DNA of 32,048 nt from Nanobdellota archaeon (lineage in GTDB: Archaea > Nanobdellota > Nanobdellia > Woesearchaeales > JAHJBD01): contig JAHJBD010000045.1 of assembly GCA_018813725.1 (NCBI GenBank), forward strand, positions 1 through 32,048. Reading direction: 5' to 3'. The notes below the pieces were generated by a model. The model did no database searches, had not been told where the DNA came from, and worked only from the letters and a program-made list of their open reading frames with translations. Shown here one piece after another: positions 8,205 to 18,802 of the stretch. Made by a program: the position numbers and the translations under genes. How positions within the stretch are numbered: position 1 is the first letter of the stretch; every line of letters begins with the position of its first letter.

Positions 8205-9455
8205 ATGGAATACAAGTTACCTTTTACAAAAGAGCAGGTTTTGGAATGGAATATTCCAACTCCATTTCACATATATGATGAGAAAGCGGTAGTTTCCAAT
8301 GCAAGAAAATTGTATAAGGCTTTTTCATGGGCTCCTGGTTTTAAGAATTATTTTGCTGTAAAGGCATGCCCTAATCCATATATCATGAAGATACTAAAGA
8401 AGGTTGGTATGGGTGCTGACTGTTCTAGCTTGCCTGAACTGATGTTATCTGATAAGATCGGCCTATCAGGTGAACAGATAATGTTTACATCTAATGATAC
8501 ACCTGCTGAAGAGTTTGTGTTTGCTAGAAAGATTGGTGCAGTGATCAATCTAGATGATATCTCGCATATTGAATTTCTGGAAAAGGCTGCTGGCATTCCT
8601 GAACTTATCTGTTTTAGGTATAATCCTGGCCCTCTAAAAGGAGGAAATGCGATAATCGGAAAGCCTGAGGAAGCAAAGTATGGACTTACCAGGGAACAAT
8701 TGTTTGAAGCTTATAGGATAGTTAAGCAGAAGGGTGCTAAAAGATTTGGACTTCACACGATGGTTGCCTCTAATGAACTTAACCCAGAATACCATATTGA
8801 TACTGCCAAGATGTTGTTTGAATTAGTTTGGGAAATTAAGGAAAAGCTAGGGATAATCATCGAGTTTATCAACCTTGGAGGAGGTTATGGGACACCCTAC
8901 AAACCTCAGGATAAACCGATTGATCTTGATTATGTCTCTGCTCAAATAAAAAAAGCTTATGACGAGATGATAATAGCAAATGGCATTGACGGTCTAAAGA
9001 TATTCATGGAATCAGGCAGGATGATAACAGGGCCATACGGCTATCTGGTTAGCAAAGCTAGACACCTAAAGCACACTTACAAAGATTATGTAGGGATGGA
9101 TGCTTGCATGGCTAATCTTATGAGACCTGCGCTTTATGGTGCATATCATCATATCACTGTGCTTGGTAAGGAGAATGCTAAGCTTGACCATAAGTATGAT
9201 GTTACTGGTTCATTGTGCGAGAATAATGATAAGTTTGCAATAGATAGGATGCTGCCAGAGGTTTCTGTGGGTGATATCCTGGTATTCCACAATGCTGGTG
9301 CTCATGGCCATGCGATGGGTTTTAACTATAACGGGAAGCTTAGGTCTGCTGAGTATCTGCTTAGAGAAGATGGTTCTGTTGTGATGATAAGGAGAGCTGA
9401 GACTGCTCAAGATTATTTTGCAACTTTGGATCTTGATAATCTAAAAGAGTTCTAA
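8205..9455 (+). CDS. lysA: Diaminopimelate decarboxylase
   Basis: TPFHIYDE, FAVKACPN (PLP lysine), NLGGGYG, ESGR, GSLCENND and GAHGHAMGFNYNG. Confidence 0.95.
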   Translation: MEYKLPFTKEQVLEWNIPTPFHIYDEKAVVSNARKLYKAFSWAPGFKNYFAVKACPNPYIMKILKKVGMGADCSSLPELMLSDKIGLSGEQIMFTSNDTPAEEFVFARKIGAVINLDDISHIEFLEKAAGIPELICFRYNPGPLKGGNAIIGKPEEAKYGLTREQLFEAYRIVKQKGAKRFGLHTMVASNELNPEYHIDTAKMLFELVWEIKEKLGIIIEFINLGGGYGTPYKPQDKPIDLDYVSAQIKKAYDEMIIANGIDGLKIFMESGRMITGPYGYLVSKARHLKHTYKDYVGMDACMANLMRPALYGAYHHITVLGKENAKLDHKYDVTGSLCENNDKFAIDRMLPEVSVGDILVFHNAGAHGHAMGFNYNGKLRSAEYLLREDGSVVMIRRAETAQDYFATLDLDNLKEF

Positions 9456-9844
9456 GCTGCTTTCTTCAGCTTTATTGTTGTTTTTAATGCTTCTTCTTCC
9501 AGGTGATGCAGATGTTCTGCAAACTGCATTAAAGATCCTGTTTCCCTTTCCATCCGATCTACTGTCTCTTCTACATGCTGTATGTCTGTGAGAATATAAC
9601 TCTTATCTCTTTTATGCTGGATATCTGCAATCAATGTCCTTACAACAATATTATACCTTTCGATTGAGTAATGAAGACTGTGTGCTTGTTGTGAGAAGTG
9701 CTGTAATTGAGCGTTTGAGAGGGAAATTGCAGCTAAATGCGCTTGGATCTCTTGCATCATCTTGCTAAAATTTGGTTGATTTGCTTTAAGGTGCTGGATT
9801 ATAGCTTTTTTCCTTTTTCCAAAGTCTGTCTTTATTATTCCCAT
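9452..9844 (-). CDS. Hypothetical helical/coiled-coil protein
   Basis: Open frame filling the gap between lysA and gdhA; GGTGA SD before ATG 9844. Confidence 0.7.
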   Translation of the reverse strand: MGIIKTDFGKRKKAIIQHLKANQPNFSKMMQEIQAHLAAISLSNAQLQHFSQQAHSLHYSIERYNIVVRTLIADIQHKRDKSYILTDIQHVEETVDRMERETGSLMQFAEHLHHLEEEALKTTIKLKKAA

Positions 9845-9977
9845 TTTATCACCCAAATTATGCCATACTTAATGAGTTTAAATATTTTATGTTGGTAGAT
9901 ATATTATAAGGAAACTGTCATTTTTTTGTTTTATTAATAACGATAATCTTATAAATCAACAGTATTTTCAAAGCTTT

Positions 9978-11251
9978 ATGACACAGCCAAATCCGCACGA
10001 AGCAGCAAAGGAAACTATAAACCAGGTAGCTGATATACTTAAATTAGATGACTGGGTCAGGGAAAGCCTTCTAAACACTCACCGAGAGATAAAGGTAAGT
10101 TTTCCAGTTGAGATGGACGATGGGACCGTAAAGGTTTTTACTGGATACAGGGTACAGCATAATCATATGATGGGACCTTTCAAAGGAGGCATCAGATATC
10201 ACTGGGATGTGAACCTGGATGAGGTAAGGGCATTAGCCACATGGATGACTATTAAGACTTCTGTATTGGACCTTCCACTTGGTGGAGGGAAAGGCGGAGT
10301 TATCTGCAATCCAAAAGAAATGTCAAAGAAAGAGCTTGACAAGATGACAAGAGGATTTGCAAGAAGGATAGCTCCAGTCATAGGTCCACTTGTAGATATA
10401 CCTGCACCTGATGTTTACACAACCGCTGAGATTATGGGCTGGATCGCTGATGAATACTCAAGATGTTCTGGGAAAAAGTCTCCTGGAGTAATAACTGGAA
10501 AGTCAATTAAAGATGGTGGATCAGAAGGCAGGGTTGAAGCAACTGGCAGAGGCGGCCTTTTTGTACTGCAAAAATATCTTAAAGAGATTGGTGATAATCT
10601 TAAAGGTAAAACAATCGCTATCCAAGGTTTTGGTAATGCTGGTTCAATTTTTGCAAGGCTTGCTTTTGAATCTGGAGCAAAGATAATTGCAGTTTCTGAT
10701 TCAAGCGGTGCGATAATAAATGAGCAAGGGCTTGATATCCTTGCTGTAATCAAACATAAAGAAAAGACCCGCAAAGTTGGGGATTTTCCTGGTGCAAGGA
10801 ATTCAAGCAATGAAAGTATCCTTGAGATGAAATGTGATGTGCTTGTACCGGCAGCTTTAGAAAATGTGATTGTCAGGGAGAACGCAAGTAAGATCAAGGC
10901 TAAACTTATATTAGAGCTCGCCAATGGTCCTGTTAGTTCAGCTGGACAAAAGGCTCTTGAGAAAAAAGGAACTGTAGTAATACCAGATGTACTAGCTAAT
11001 GCTGGCGGTGTTCAGTATCTTATTATGAATGGGATCAAAACCTGAAGAATGAACATTGGACAGAAGATGTGGTTAATCAAAAACTTCAAAAGAGGATTGA
11101 GAAGAATACTAAAGAGGTAATTGAGACTGCTGAAAAATACAAGGTCAATCTTAGGCTTGGCGCTTATATCTTGGCAATAAGCAGGATCGCTAAGAAAGCC
11201 CATAATGAGCTTAACCTTAATCATTATATATGCATGAAGGATCTTTTGTAA
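9978..11251 (+). pseudogene. gdhA: Glutamate dehydrogenase (Glu/Leu/Phe/Val dehydrogenase family), split by a 1-nt frameshift near 11012
   Basis: GPFKGGIRY, GGGKGG, IPAPDV, ATGRG, QGFGNAG and PDVLANAGGV; the conserved VSYYEW.QN continues in another frame to TAA at 11251. May be an assembly error rather than a true pseudogene. Confidence 0.85.
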
Positions 11252-11252
11252 G

Positions 11253-12479
11253 ATGGTAAAAAGAAATAAGAATATTGAAAAATTAAAAGCAGGCTATCTA
11301 TTCCCAGAGATTGGTAGACGAAAAAGAGAGTTTTTAGCTAAAAATCCTGGAATAAAACTAATTTCGCTTGGTATTGGGAATACCACCGAGCCATTAACAC
11401 CTCATGTTGTTGATGCTTTGGTAAAATATTCAAAATCCTTAGGTACTAAAGAAGGTTATACTGGTTATGATGATGATCAGAAGGCTCAGGATTTTCTTCT
11501 AGAATTAAAGACAAGAATCTCAAAGAATTGGTATAATGGTCTAGTAGGGGCTGATGAGATAGTTTGCTCAGATGGTGCAAAACCTGATTGTGGCAGGCTT
11601 CAAGTTCTATTTGGCAATGATGTAACTATCGCTGTGCAGGATCCTGCATATCCAGTCTATGTTGACGGCTCTGTTATTATCGGGGCAACAGGTGAATACA
11701 ATGAGAAAAAGCAAGGGTTTGATAAGCTTATATATATGCCTTGCACTCCTGAAAATAATTTCTTACCTGATTTAAGCAAATTACCAAGGACTGACCTGAT
11801 ATATTTCTGCAGCCCTAACAATCCAACAGGTGCTGTTGCAACAAAAGAGCAATTAAAAGAGTTGGTTGATTTTGCACTTAAAAATAAGTCTATAATCATC
11901 TTTGATGCTGCTTATTCAGCATTTATCAACGATAAAAAGCTTCCAAAGTCAATATTTGAGATTAAAGGTGCAAGAGAATGTTCAATTGAGATAAATTCAC
12001 TTTCAAAACCAGCTGGTTTTACTGGTGTTAGGTTTGGTTGGACAGTTGTTCCAAAAGAGCTGAAGTTTGATGATGGTAGTCCTGTTCTTTCTGACTGGAA
12101 AAGGATCATGGGCACACTTTTCAACGGTTCTTCCAATATTGTTCAGCAGGGAGCGCTTGCTGCTTTTGATAAAATTGGTATTAAAGAGATGCAAGGCATG
12201 ATCGATTACTATATGGAAAATGCAAGATTGATCAAACAGGGTCTTGATGCAGCTGGGATCAAAAGCTATTGGACTGGAAATTCACCTTATATCTGGGCAC
12301 ACTTTCCTGGAAAGGATAGTTGGGATGTGTTTTCTAAGATCTTAGAAGAAGGGCACGTTGTGACAACTCCTGGTGCTGGGTTTGGACCTGCAGGACAAGG
12401 TTTTGTCAGGTTCTCTGCTTTTGGTCACAGAGAAGATATTGTTGAAGCTGTTGAAAGGGTCAAGAAGCTAAAATTCTAA
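11253..12479 (+). CDS. dapL: LL-diaminopimelate aminotransferase
   Basis: GYLFPEI, ISLGIG, SDGAKPD, DPAYPVYVD, CSPNNPTG, SKPAGFTGVR and TTPGAGFGPAGQGFVRFSAF. Confidence 0.93.
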   Translation: MVKRNKNIEKLKAGYLFPEIGRRKREFLAKNPGIKLISLGIGNTTEPLTPHVVDALVKYSKSLGTKEGYTGYDDDQKAQDFLLELKTRISKNWYNGLVGADEIVCSDGAKPDCGRLQVLFGNDVTIAVQDPAYPVYVDGSVIIGATGEYNEKKQGFDKLIYMPCTPENNFLPDLSKLPRTDLIYFCSPNNPTGAVATKEQLKELVDFALKNKSIIIFDAAYSAFINDKKLPKSIFEIKGARECSIEINSLSKPAGFTGVRFGWTVVPKELKFDDGSPVLSDWKRIMGTLFNGSSNIVQQGALAAFDKIGIKEMQGMIDYYMENARLIKQGLDAAGIKSYWTGNSPYIWAHFPGKDSWDVFSKILEEGHVVTTPGAGFGPAGQGFVRFSAFGHREDIVEAVERVKKLKF

Positions 12480-12516
12480 CAGTAAGCTTTTATATCAGCG
12501 GTTTTTATTTGTCAAT

Positions 12517-13353
12517 ATGAAAAATGAAAATAAAGGTGAATTGTTTATATTATCATCTTCTATATTCTTTGCAATAACTGCAGTGCTAGTCAAGATACTT
12601 ACAGGAACATTTAGCGGACTTTTTGTTTCCCTGATGAGGTTTGGTATAGGTATTGTTCTTGCTGTAACTATCATGAAAAGCGGCAAAAAAAGCTTAAAAG
12701 GTTTTATGACCAAGGATTATATCCTAAGGGGAATTTTTGGTGCTATAGCTATGATATTTTTTTACATCTCGATACAGTTATCAAACAGTGCCAGGGCTGC
12801 GATGCTTAATCTTACATATCCAATATTTGTGATGATCCTTGGTGCAATGTTTTATGGACATAAGATTACTAAAAAGCATGTTGTCAGCCTTGCATTAGGC
12901 GTTATAGGTGTTGTGTTTATTTTCTATGATGGAACATCTTATGGTCTTCTGGGAAATATTTTAGGGTTGCTTTCAGGGGTTGCAGCTGGTTTTGCCATAC
13001 ATCACATAAGCAGGCTAAGGGCAATGCATGTATCTGCGCATAATGTGTATCTTTCAACTTGCTTGTTCGGTTTTATCCCTGCTTTGTTTGCATACAAGGA
13101 GATTGTTAAGATCAATATGACCAATGTGTGGGTGTTCTTGGTTATGGGTGTGATGATATACATAGCGCAATATCTTATGACAAAAGGGTATAAATATGTC
13201 CATCCAACACGAGGCAGTATCCTTATGTACACTTACATCCCACTTACTGCTGTGCTTAGTTATTTTGTTGTAGATGAAAGGATCACAGTCAAATTTATCA
13301 TTGGGGCATTGCTGATATTTATCGGTGTGATGTTTAAGGAAAAAAGTGCATAA
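12517..13353 (+). CDS. DMT/EamA family transporter
   Basis: 278 aa, about 10 hydrophobic segments, two-repeat EamA pattern (LRGIFG, YPIFV, IGALLIFIG). Confidence 0.88.
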   Translation: MKNENKGELFILSSSIFFAITAVLVKILTGTFSGLFVSLMRFGIGIVLAVTIMKSGKKSLKGFMTKDYILRGIFGAIAMIFFYISIQLSNSARAAMLNLTYPIFVMILGAMFYGHKITKKHVVSLALGVIGVVFIFYDGTSYGLLGNILGLLSGVAAGFAIHHISRLRAMHVSAHNVYLSTCLFGFIPALFAYKEIVKINMTNVWVFLVMGVMIYIAQYLMTKGYKYVHPTRGSILMYTYIPLTAVLSYFVVDERITVKFIIGALLIFIGVMFKEKSA

Positions 13354-13388
13354 CATTTATATAAAAAAGTTGAATCAATAATCTAAAA

Positions 13389-15053
13389 ATGTCAAAAAAT
13401 GAAGATTCTTTGCATTGGGCTGACCAGATGGCGAGAGCCATAGTTGAGCGAGAGCAGACAGAGCCAAAACTAAGGGAGATCGTAAAAGAGAAAGGGTACA
13501 TAGTATATGATGAAAAGACACCGTCCGGAAGCATACATATCGGCTCTGGGAGAGGATGGGTCATCCATGATGCGATAGCAAAAGCTCTTCGTGATCTTGG
13601 TGTAAAAGCTAAATTTGTTCTTAGTTCAGATGATATGGACCCGTATGATAAGGCTAATAAGGATCTTCCAGAAAGCTTTGACCAATATTTGGGTATGCCA
13701 TTTAGAAATATCCCATCACCTGTTCAAGGCTACAAAAGCTTTGCAGATTATTATTTTAAGCAAGTGACTGAGAAATTTAAGGATTTTGGCATACAGTGTG
13801 AATTAGAAAGCACTGGAGAGCGTTATATAAAAGGTGATTTTAATTCTGCAATCAAGACCGTACTTGATAATTTTGACAAGATCCAGGCTATTTATGAAAG
13901 ATTTTATGGTGAAAAGCCAAATACATTATTCTTTAACCCTATATGTGAGAAATGTGGTAAGATAGGAACAACCTGGGCATACGAATGGGACACTGTTAAT
14001 GAGGTTCTTAAGTATAAATGCATGAAGAATCATGTTAAATGGGCAGAAGGCTGCGGGCATGAAGGTGAGATGTCTCCATACAATGGAAACGGCAAGCTGC
14101 CATGGAAAGTTGAATGGGCTGCAAAGTGGCCTACTGTTGGTGCTGCATGTGAGCTTGCAGGGAAGGATCATTTTACTCATGGGGGGTCTAGGTCAATCGC
14201 TATCGCTATAGCTGATGAAATATTTGATTTTCCTCCTCCTTATCCATCAACAAGAAAGAATATTGGAAAGGGTTATGAGTTTTTTACAGTGGGTGGGAAA
14301 AAGATGTCTACATCAAAAGGGGCAGGCATAGGTTTTGCTGAAGCCACAGAGTATGCGCCAGCCCATATACTAAGATATCTCCTGGTAAGCACCAGGCCTC
14401 ATGCTGTTATTGATTTTGATCCTGTAAACAAGAATGATCTGATATTATTGCATGAAAGGTTTGATAAGACTGAGCGGATATATTTTGGAGTTGAAGAGGC
14501 ATCTGATAGTGAGGTTGCTAAGAATAAAAGGATCTATGAGCTGAGCCATGTTGGGAAGATACCATCAAAGATGCCTATACAGATACCTTTTTCGTTTGCA
14601 GCTATCATAATACAGGTAGTGCTTGATGTTGACAAAGCGATAGAATTGTTGAAAAAATTAAAGCATATTCCGAAAGATGCTGAAAAGCATGACTTAAAAG
14701 AGCTTATTGAAAGGCTCAAATTTGCAGAGAACTGGGTTAAAGAGTTTGCACCTGAGCAGTATGTCTTTAAGATAAATGAGAAAGTACCTGATGATGTAAA
14801 GGCAAAGATCGAACCAAAGCAGCTTGAATGCTTGTTTAAGGTTAAAGCATATCTTAAAGAGCATGATGAAGTGGATGAGAAACTACTTTATGATCAGTTC
14901 TATAATATTGCAAGATCAGTCGATATCAATCCAGCTGAACTTTTTAGGGCAGCTTATTATGTTCTGATTGGCAAAGAAAAAGGGCCTAAGCTTGCAAATT
15001 TTATCGTTACTTTAGGTAAAGAAAAGGTTATTGAATTGATCGAGCAGCTTTGA
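13389..15053 (+). CDS. lysS: Lysine--tRNA ligase, class I
   Basis: HWAD, TPSGSIHIGS, CEKCGK, GKLPWKVEWAAKW, GKDH, KMSTSKG and GPKL motifs. Confidence 0.96.
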   Translation: MSKNEDSLHWADQMARAIVEREQTEPKLREIVKEKGYIVYDEKTPSGSIHIGSGRGWVIHDAIAKALRDLGVKAKFVLSSDDMDPYDKANKDLPESFDQYLGMPFRNIPSPVQGYKSFADYYFKQVTEKFKDFGIQCELESTGERYIKGDFNSAIKTVLDNFDKIQAIYERFYGEKPNTLFFNPICEKCGKIGTTWAYEWDTVNEVLKYKCMKNHVKWAEGCGHEGEMSPYNGNGKLPWKVEWAAKWPTVGAACELAGKDHFTHGGSRSIAIAIADEIFDFPPPYPSTRKNIGKGYEFFTVGGKKMSTSKGAGIGFAEATEYAPAHILRYLLVSTRPHAVIDFDPVNKNDLILLHERFDKTERIYFGVEEASDSEVAKNKRIYELSHVGKIPSKMPIQIPFSFAAIIIQVVLDVDKAIELLKKLKHIPKDAEKHDLKELIERLKFAENWVKEFAPEQYVFKINEKVPDDVKAKIEPKQLECLFKVKAYLKEHDEVDEKLLYDQFYNIARSVDINPAELFRAAYYVLIGKEKGPKLANFIVTLGKEKVIELIEQL

Positions 15054-15065
15054 TCTTTGCATAAT

Positions 15066-15099
15066 TGTTAAAATGTTAACACAACCTATTTAAATATAC
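15066..15099 (+). promoter_or_regulatory. lysC promoter with upstream palindrome TGTTA-N6-TAACA
   Basis: TGTTAAAATGTTAACA followed by cAACCTATTTAAATATAC; nearly identical to the asd promoter. Confidence 0.75.
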
Positions 15100-15136
15100 C
15101 CCTTATCTTTATTCTAAAAATATTCAAGGTGGTTGC

Positions 15137-16450
15137 ATGATAGTTATGAAATTTGGTGGTTCATCTGTTAAGGATGCTCAGAAATTCTTAGAGGTTGCTG
15201 AGATAGTAAAGTCTAGGCTTGATAAAAAGCCGATAGTAGTTCTTTCAGCAGTCAAAGGCGTGACTGATAACCTTATAAAAGCATTGTCTGAAAGCATACA
15301 TGGCAAATTTGATTCTTACAAGGAGATAGAAGCTAAACATAAGGAGATATTAAAAGGCCTTGAGTTGGATCAAAGTACTGTAGATGATGAGTTAAAAGAA
15401 TTGAAGGAGGCACTTGATGTCAATTCAAAATTAAAAGAGGATAACCATAAGATCTTAGATTATATCTCATTTTTTGGCGAAAGGATGAGTTCTAAGATAC
15501 TTTCTGCGCTTTTGGTTAAGCAGGGGATAGCATCAAATTATCACATATCAGGCGATATTGGCCTGCAGACAGATTCAAACTTTGGTGATGCGACTTTTCT
15601 TGAATCATCCTATGAAGTAATGCATAAGAACCTAGCTGGAGCTGATTATGTTCCTGTGATCACTGGGTTTGGCGGGAAAGATGAAAACGGTGAGTTTACA
15701 ACCTTTAATCGTGGCGGTTCAGATTATGTTGCTTCATTGGTTGGTGCTGGTGTCAGGTCAGAAGAAATACAGATATGGACTGATGTAAATGGTGTTATGA
15801 CTACTGATCCGCGAATTGTCCCAGAGGCAAGGACAATTCCTGAACTCAGTTTTGCAGAAGCTGCTGAATTGGCATTTTTTGGAGCCAAAGTTTTGCACCC
15901 AAAGACAATAAAACCTGCTATGGACAAGAATATCCCTGTGAAGGTACTTAATACGTATGAGCCAGAAAATCCAGGTACAACAATAGTCCCTGCTTCAAAT
16001 GTGCAGAGCGGGGTAATGAAAGCCATCGCAAGCAAGAAAAATGTTACCATATTGAACTTGTGCTCTGCAAGGATGCTTAATGCATATGGTTATCTTGCCA
16101 AAGTGTTTGAGGTCTTTAATAAGAATAAGAAAAGTGTAGACATGATCACAACATCAGAGGTTAACCTTTCAATCACAGTGGATAGTGAAGATAAACTGGA
16201 TAAGATTGCTGCAGAGCTTGAAAAGTATGGGAATGTTAAGATCGATACGAACAAGGCTTTAGTGTGTGTTGTTGGTGAAGGCATGAAGCAGACTCCGGGC
16301 ATATTGGGGGAGTTATTCTCTATTCTTGGCAAAGATAACATAAACATCGATATGATCTCTCAGGGAGCTTCAGAGATCAATGTTAGCTTTATTGTCAATA
16401 ACATTGATGCAGATAAGGTTGTGAAAGTGCTCCATAAGGCGTTTTTCTAG
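15137..16450 (+). CDS. lysC: Aspartate kinase
   Basis: MKFGGSSV, VVLSA, RGGSDY, IWTDVNG, GAKVLHP and two C-terminal ACT domains (SEVN, SEIN). Confidence 0.96.
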   Translation: MIVMKFGGSSVKDAQKFLEVAEIVKSRLDKKPIVVLSAVKGVTDNLIKALSESIHGKFDSYKEIEAKHKEILKGLELDQSTVDDELKELKEALDVNSKLKEDNHKILDYISFFGERMSSKILSALLVKQGIASNYHISGDIGLQTDSNFGDATFLESSYEVMHKNLAGADYVPVITGFGGKDENGEFTTFNRGGSDYVASLVGAGVRSEEIQIWTDVNGVMTTDPRIVPEARTIPELSFAEAAELAFFGAKVLHPKTIKPAMDKNIPVKVLNTYEPENPGTTIVPASNVQSGVMKAIASKKNVTILNLCSARMLNAYGYLAKVFEVFNKNKKSVDMITTSEVNLSITVDSEDKLDKIAAELEKYGNVKIDTNKALVCVVGEGMKQTPGILGELFSILGKDNINIDMISQGASEINVSFIVNNIDADKVVKVLHKAFF

Positions 16451-16485
16451 AAATATTTATATTCTCTAACACTAAATGAGTATTT

Positions 16486-17568
16486 ATGATATATAACGCT
16501 AAAGGAGAACTGGTCACAGCTAACATGAAGGATTTTGAGCTGAATGTGAACGATTTTGTGGTCCGAATAGTGAACAAAGTTGGGCCTGAGATTGATTCTT
16601 GGCTATCAGGGACAAAATTCAAGGATTTCTCAGGATGGATAAGTGTCCTAATGAATGTATTATGGGCAGATGCAATCTACCGTGAGGTACCTAAGCTGAC
16701 TTTGGTCCTTGAGAAAGGGCTTCCAAAGGGATTTGGTGATATTTCTGATGCTGATGCTGTATGGAACTTCATTGAAAGTGGCAATGCAGCATATGTTGAT
16801 AAAAGGGAGATAGATGCTGGCCAATATATGATACATCTGATGATGGAATTGTTTAGGTATCCGGTGATAAATGTCAAGGTGTCGCGTATAATGCATCAGA
16901 TAGCACGGCTGCTGATCCATGAGATGACGAATATGCTTAATTATGAGCACCATAAGATTAAATCTCAGGTTAGGCACCAGAGCTACAGGCTTGAGGCGAA
17001 GATTAATAGGTTAAAGGCGCAGATAGATGCACAGATTTCAGTAGTTAGTCACATCAAGGAATTTAAGCGAAAAGTGTTAGAGATTACTCTACTTCTAAGA
17101 CGATTTATCTTTTTGTTTCAGGAAAGACTATATCTCGAGGGGATAACAGAGCTTGAAAATAACTTAGGCAATTTGCAATGTGATAAGCGGGATAGGGAAC
17201 ACATTTACAGGACTGCATTAGATGCAGCAGACCATTTTGTGCAAAGGCTTAAGCGAATACTTCATGATTTTTCCAGGATCGAGCCAAACAGTGTGGATAG
17301 ATTATTATCTGATCTTAAAGAGTTGTTGGCAGAAAGATCATATTTTTATATCATTGGGTTACATGTGTTCTATGAGATCTATATGTCTGGAAGGATGAGG
17401 GAGATCGAGAAGGGCTCTATCCGTGATGTGTTTAGGGTATATCTAAAGGCCTGTGTCAATCTTCAGCCCATAATTTGTATGCATGGGAATTCTGCAAAAT
17501 ATTCCTTTTCTGATATGATAGGTAAAATACATCAGGCAAGGAAAAAGATCAAATATCCTCAATCCTGA
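16486..17568 (+). CDS. Hypothetical helical protein
   Basis: 360-aa ORF; TTTATATT at 16456, 30 nt before the ATG; no recognisable motif. Confidence 0.75.
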   Translation: MIYNAKGELVTANMKDFELNVNDFVVRIVNKVGPEIDSWLSGTKFKDFSGWISVLMNVLWADAIYREVPKLTLVLEKGLPKGFGDISDADAVWNFIESGNAAYVDKREIDAGQYMIHLMMELFRYPVINVKVSRIMHQIARLLIHEMTNMLNYEHHKIKSQVRHQSYRLEAKINRLKAQIDAQISVVSHIKEFKRKVLEITLLLRRFIFLFQERLYLEGITELENNLGNLQCDKRDREHIYRTALDAADHFVQRLKRILHDFSRIEPNSVDRLLSDLKELLAERSYFYIIGLHVFYEIYMSGRMREIEKGSIRDVFRVYLKACVNLQPIICMHGNSAKYSFSDMIGKIHQARKKIKYPQS

Positions 17569-18802
17569 TTACAACTGTCTTTGACTTGACCACGTCAAGC
17601 TTATTTATCTGGTCTACTGCCTGCATCATATCAGATTCTCTTACATTGTGTGTTATAATTGTAATCGGTACAATATCTTTGCCAAGCTCTTTTTGTGAGA
17701 CTCCCGAGATGCTGATGTTATTTTTGCCCAAAATATCGGCAATCATAGCAAAAACACCTGGCTTATCCAACACATTTGGTCTTAGGTAGTATCTACAGGT
17801 TATGGTGTTTATGTCTTTCAGTTTCTTTTCTTCTGAATAATAATTTGTAATTGAGCTAGACTTGGCAATGTCAATTATGTCACCGACTACAACGGTGGCT
17901 GTTGGCATCGATCCTGCGCCTTTTCCGTATAACATGGCTTTGTCAATGTTATTTCCCACTAAATAGATTGCGTTTGATTCATTTTTTATATTGGCAAGTT
18001 CATGAGTCTGAGGGATCATTGTAGGGTGCACTCTGAGCTCAATCTCATCATCAATTTCTTTAGCGATGGCCAGAAGTTTTATTGTGTAGCCTAGGTCTTT
18101 TGCATACTTGATGTCGCTTTTGTTTATCTTTGTTATGCCCCATGTTAAGATGTCATCTTTTATCTTGGCATTGAATGCTAATGATGAAAGTATCTTAAGC
18201 TTTTGAGCTGAGTCAAGGCCGTCAACATCAAAGCTTGGATTTGCCTCTGCGAATCCCAATTCCTGTGCTTGCTTTAGCGCCTGGTCATAGCTTAGTCCTT
18301 CTTCCATCTTTGTTAAGATATAGTTGGTTGTGCCGTTAAGTATGCCGTATATCCTATTTATCTTGTCGGCTGCAAAGCTTTCTCTGATGGCTTTGATTAT
18401 CGGTATACAGCCGCCAACTGCTGCTTCAAACATTATACTTACATTATTATCCTCGGCAGCTTTGAATATCTCTTCACCATGCTTTGCGATAACTGCTTTG
18501 TTTGCAGTTACTACATTCTTTTTTGCTCTTATGGCTTCAATAATGATTGTCCTTGCAGGTTCGTAGCCTCCGATAACTTCGACAATTGTGCTAATGTCCG
18601 GGTCGTTTAGGAGGTCTTTGTAGTTTTGTGAGTAGATCCCTCTTATTCCGAGCATTTCGGCTCTTTTTTCATCAAGATCACATACTCTCTTTAGCTCGAT
18701 AGTTGTGCCTGTCCTGGCTGTTATCAATGTCTTGTTCTCCTTTAGTATCTTAACTACACCAGAACCTATGGTCCCAAGCCCTATCAAGCCGATTTTTGTC
18801 AT
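17549..18802 (-). CDS. hom: Homoserine dehydrogenase with C-terminal ACT domain
   Basis: GLGTIGSG, VTANK, FEAAVGG, GILNGTTNYIL, GFAEANP, GKGAG and ACT motif DKPGVF; strong AGGAGG SD. Confidence 0.96.
   Translation of the reverse strand: MTKIGLIGLGTIGSGVVKILKENKTLITARTGTTIELKRVCDLDEKRAEMLGIRGIYSQNYKDLLNDPDISTIVEVIGGYEPARTIIIEAIRAKKNVVTANKAVIAKHGEEIFKAAEDNNVSIMFEAAVGGCIPIIKAIRESFAADKINRIYGILNGTTNYILTKMEEGLSYDQALKQAQELGFAEANPSFDVDGLDSAQKLKILSSLAFNAKIKDDILTWGITKINKSDIKYAKDLGYTIKLLAIAKEIDDEIELRVHPTMIPQTHELANIKNESNAIYLVGNNIDKAMLYGKGAGSMPTATVVVGDIIDIAKSSSITNYYSEEKKLKDINTITCRYYLRPNVLDKPGVFAMIADILGKNNISISGVSQKELGKDIVPITIITHNVRESDMMQAVDQINKLDVVKSKTVVIRIEDI

Noticed and set aside
11069..11251. 60-aa ORF as an independent gene
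   Set aside because: It is the C-terminus of frameshifted gdhA.
15054..15136. Lysine riboswitch or Lys-rich leader before lysC
   Set aside because: The inferred 5' UTR is only about 20 nt and contains no uORF.
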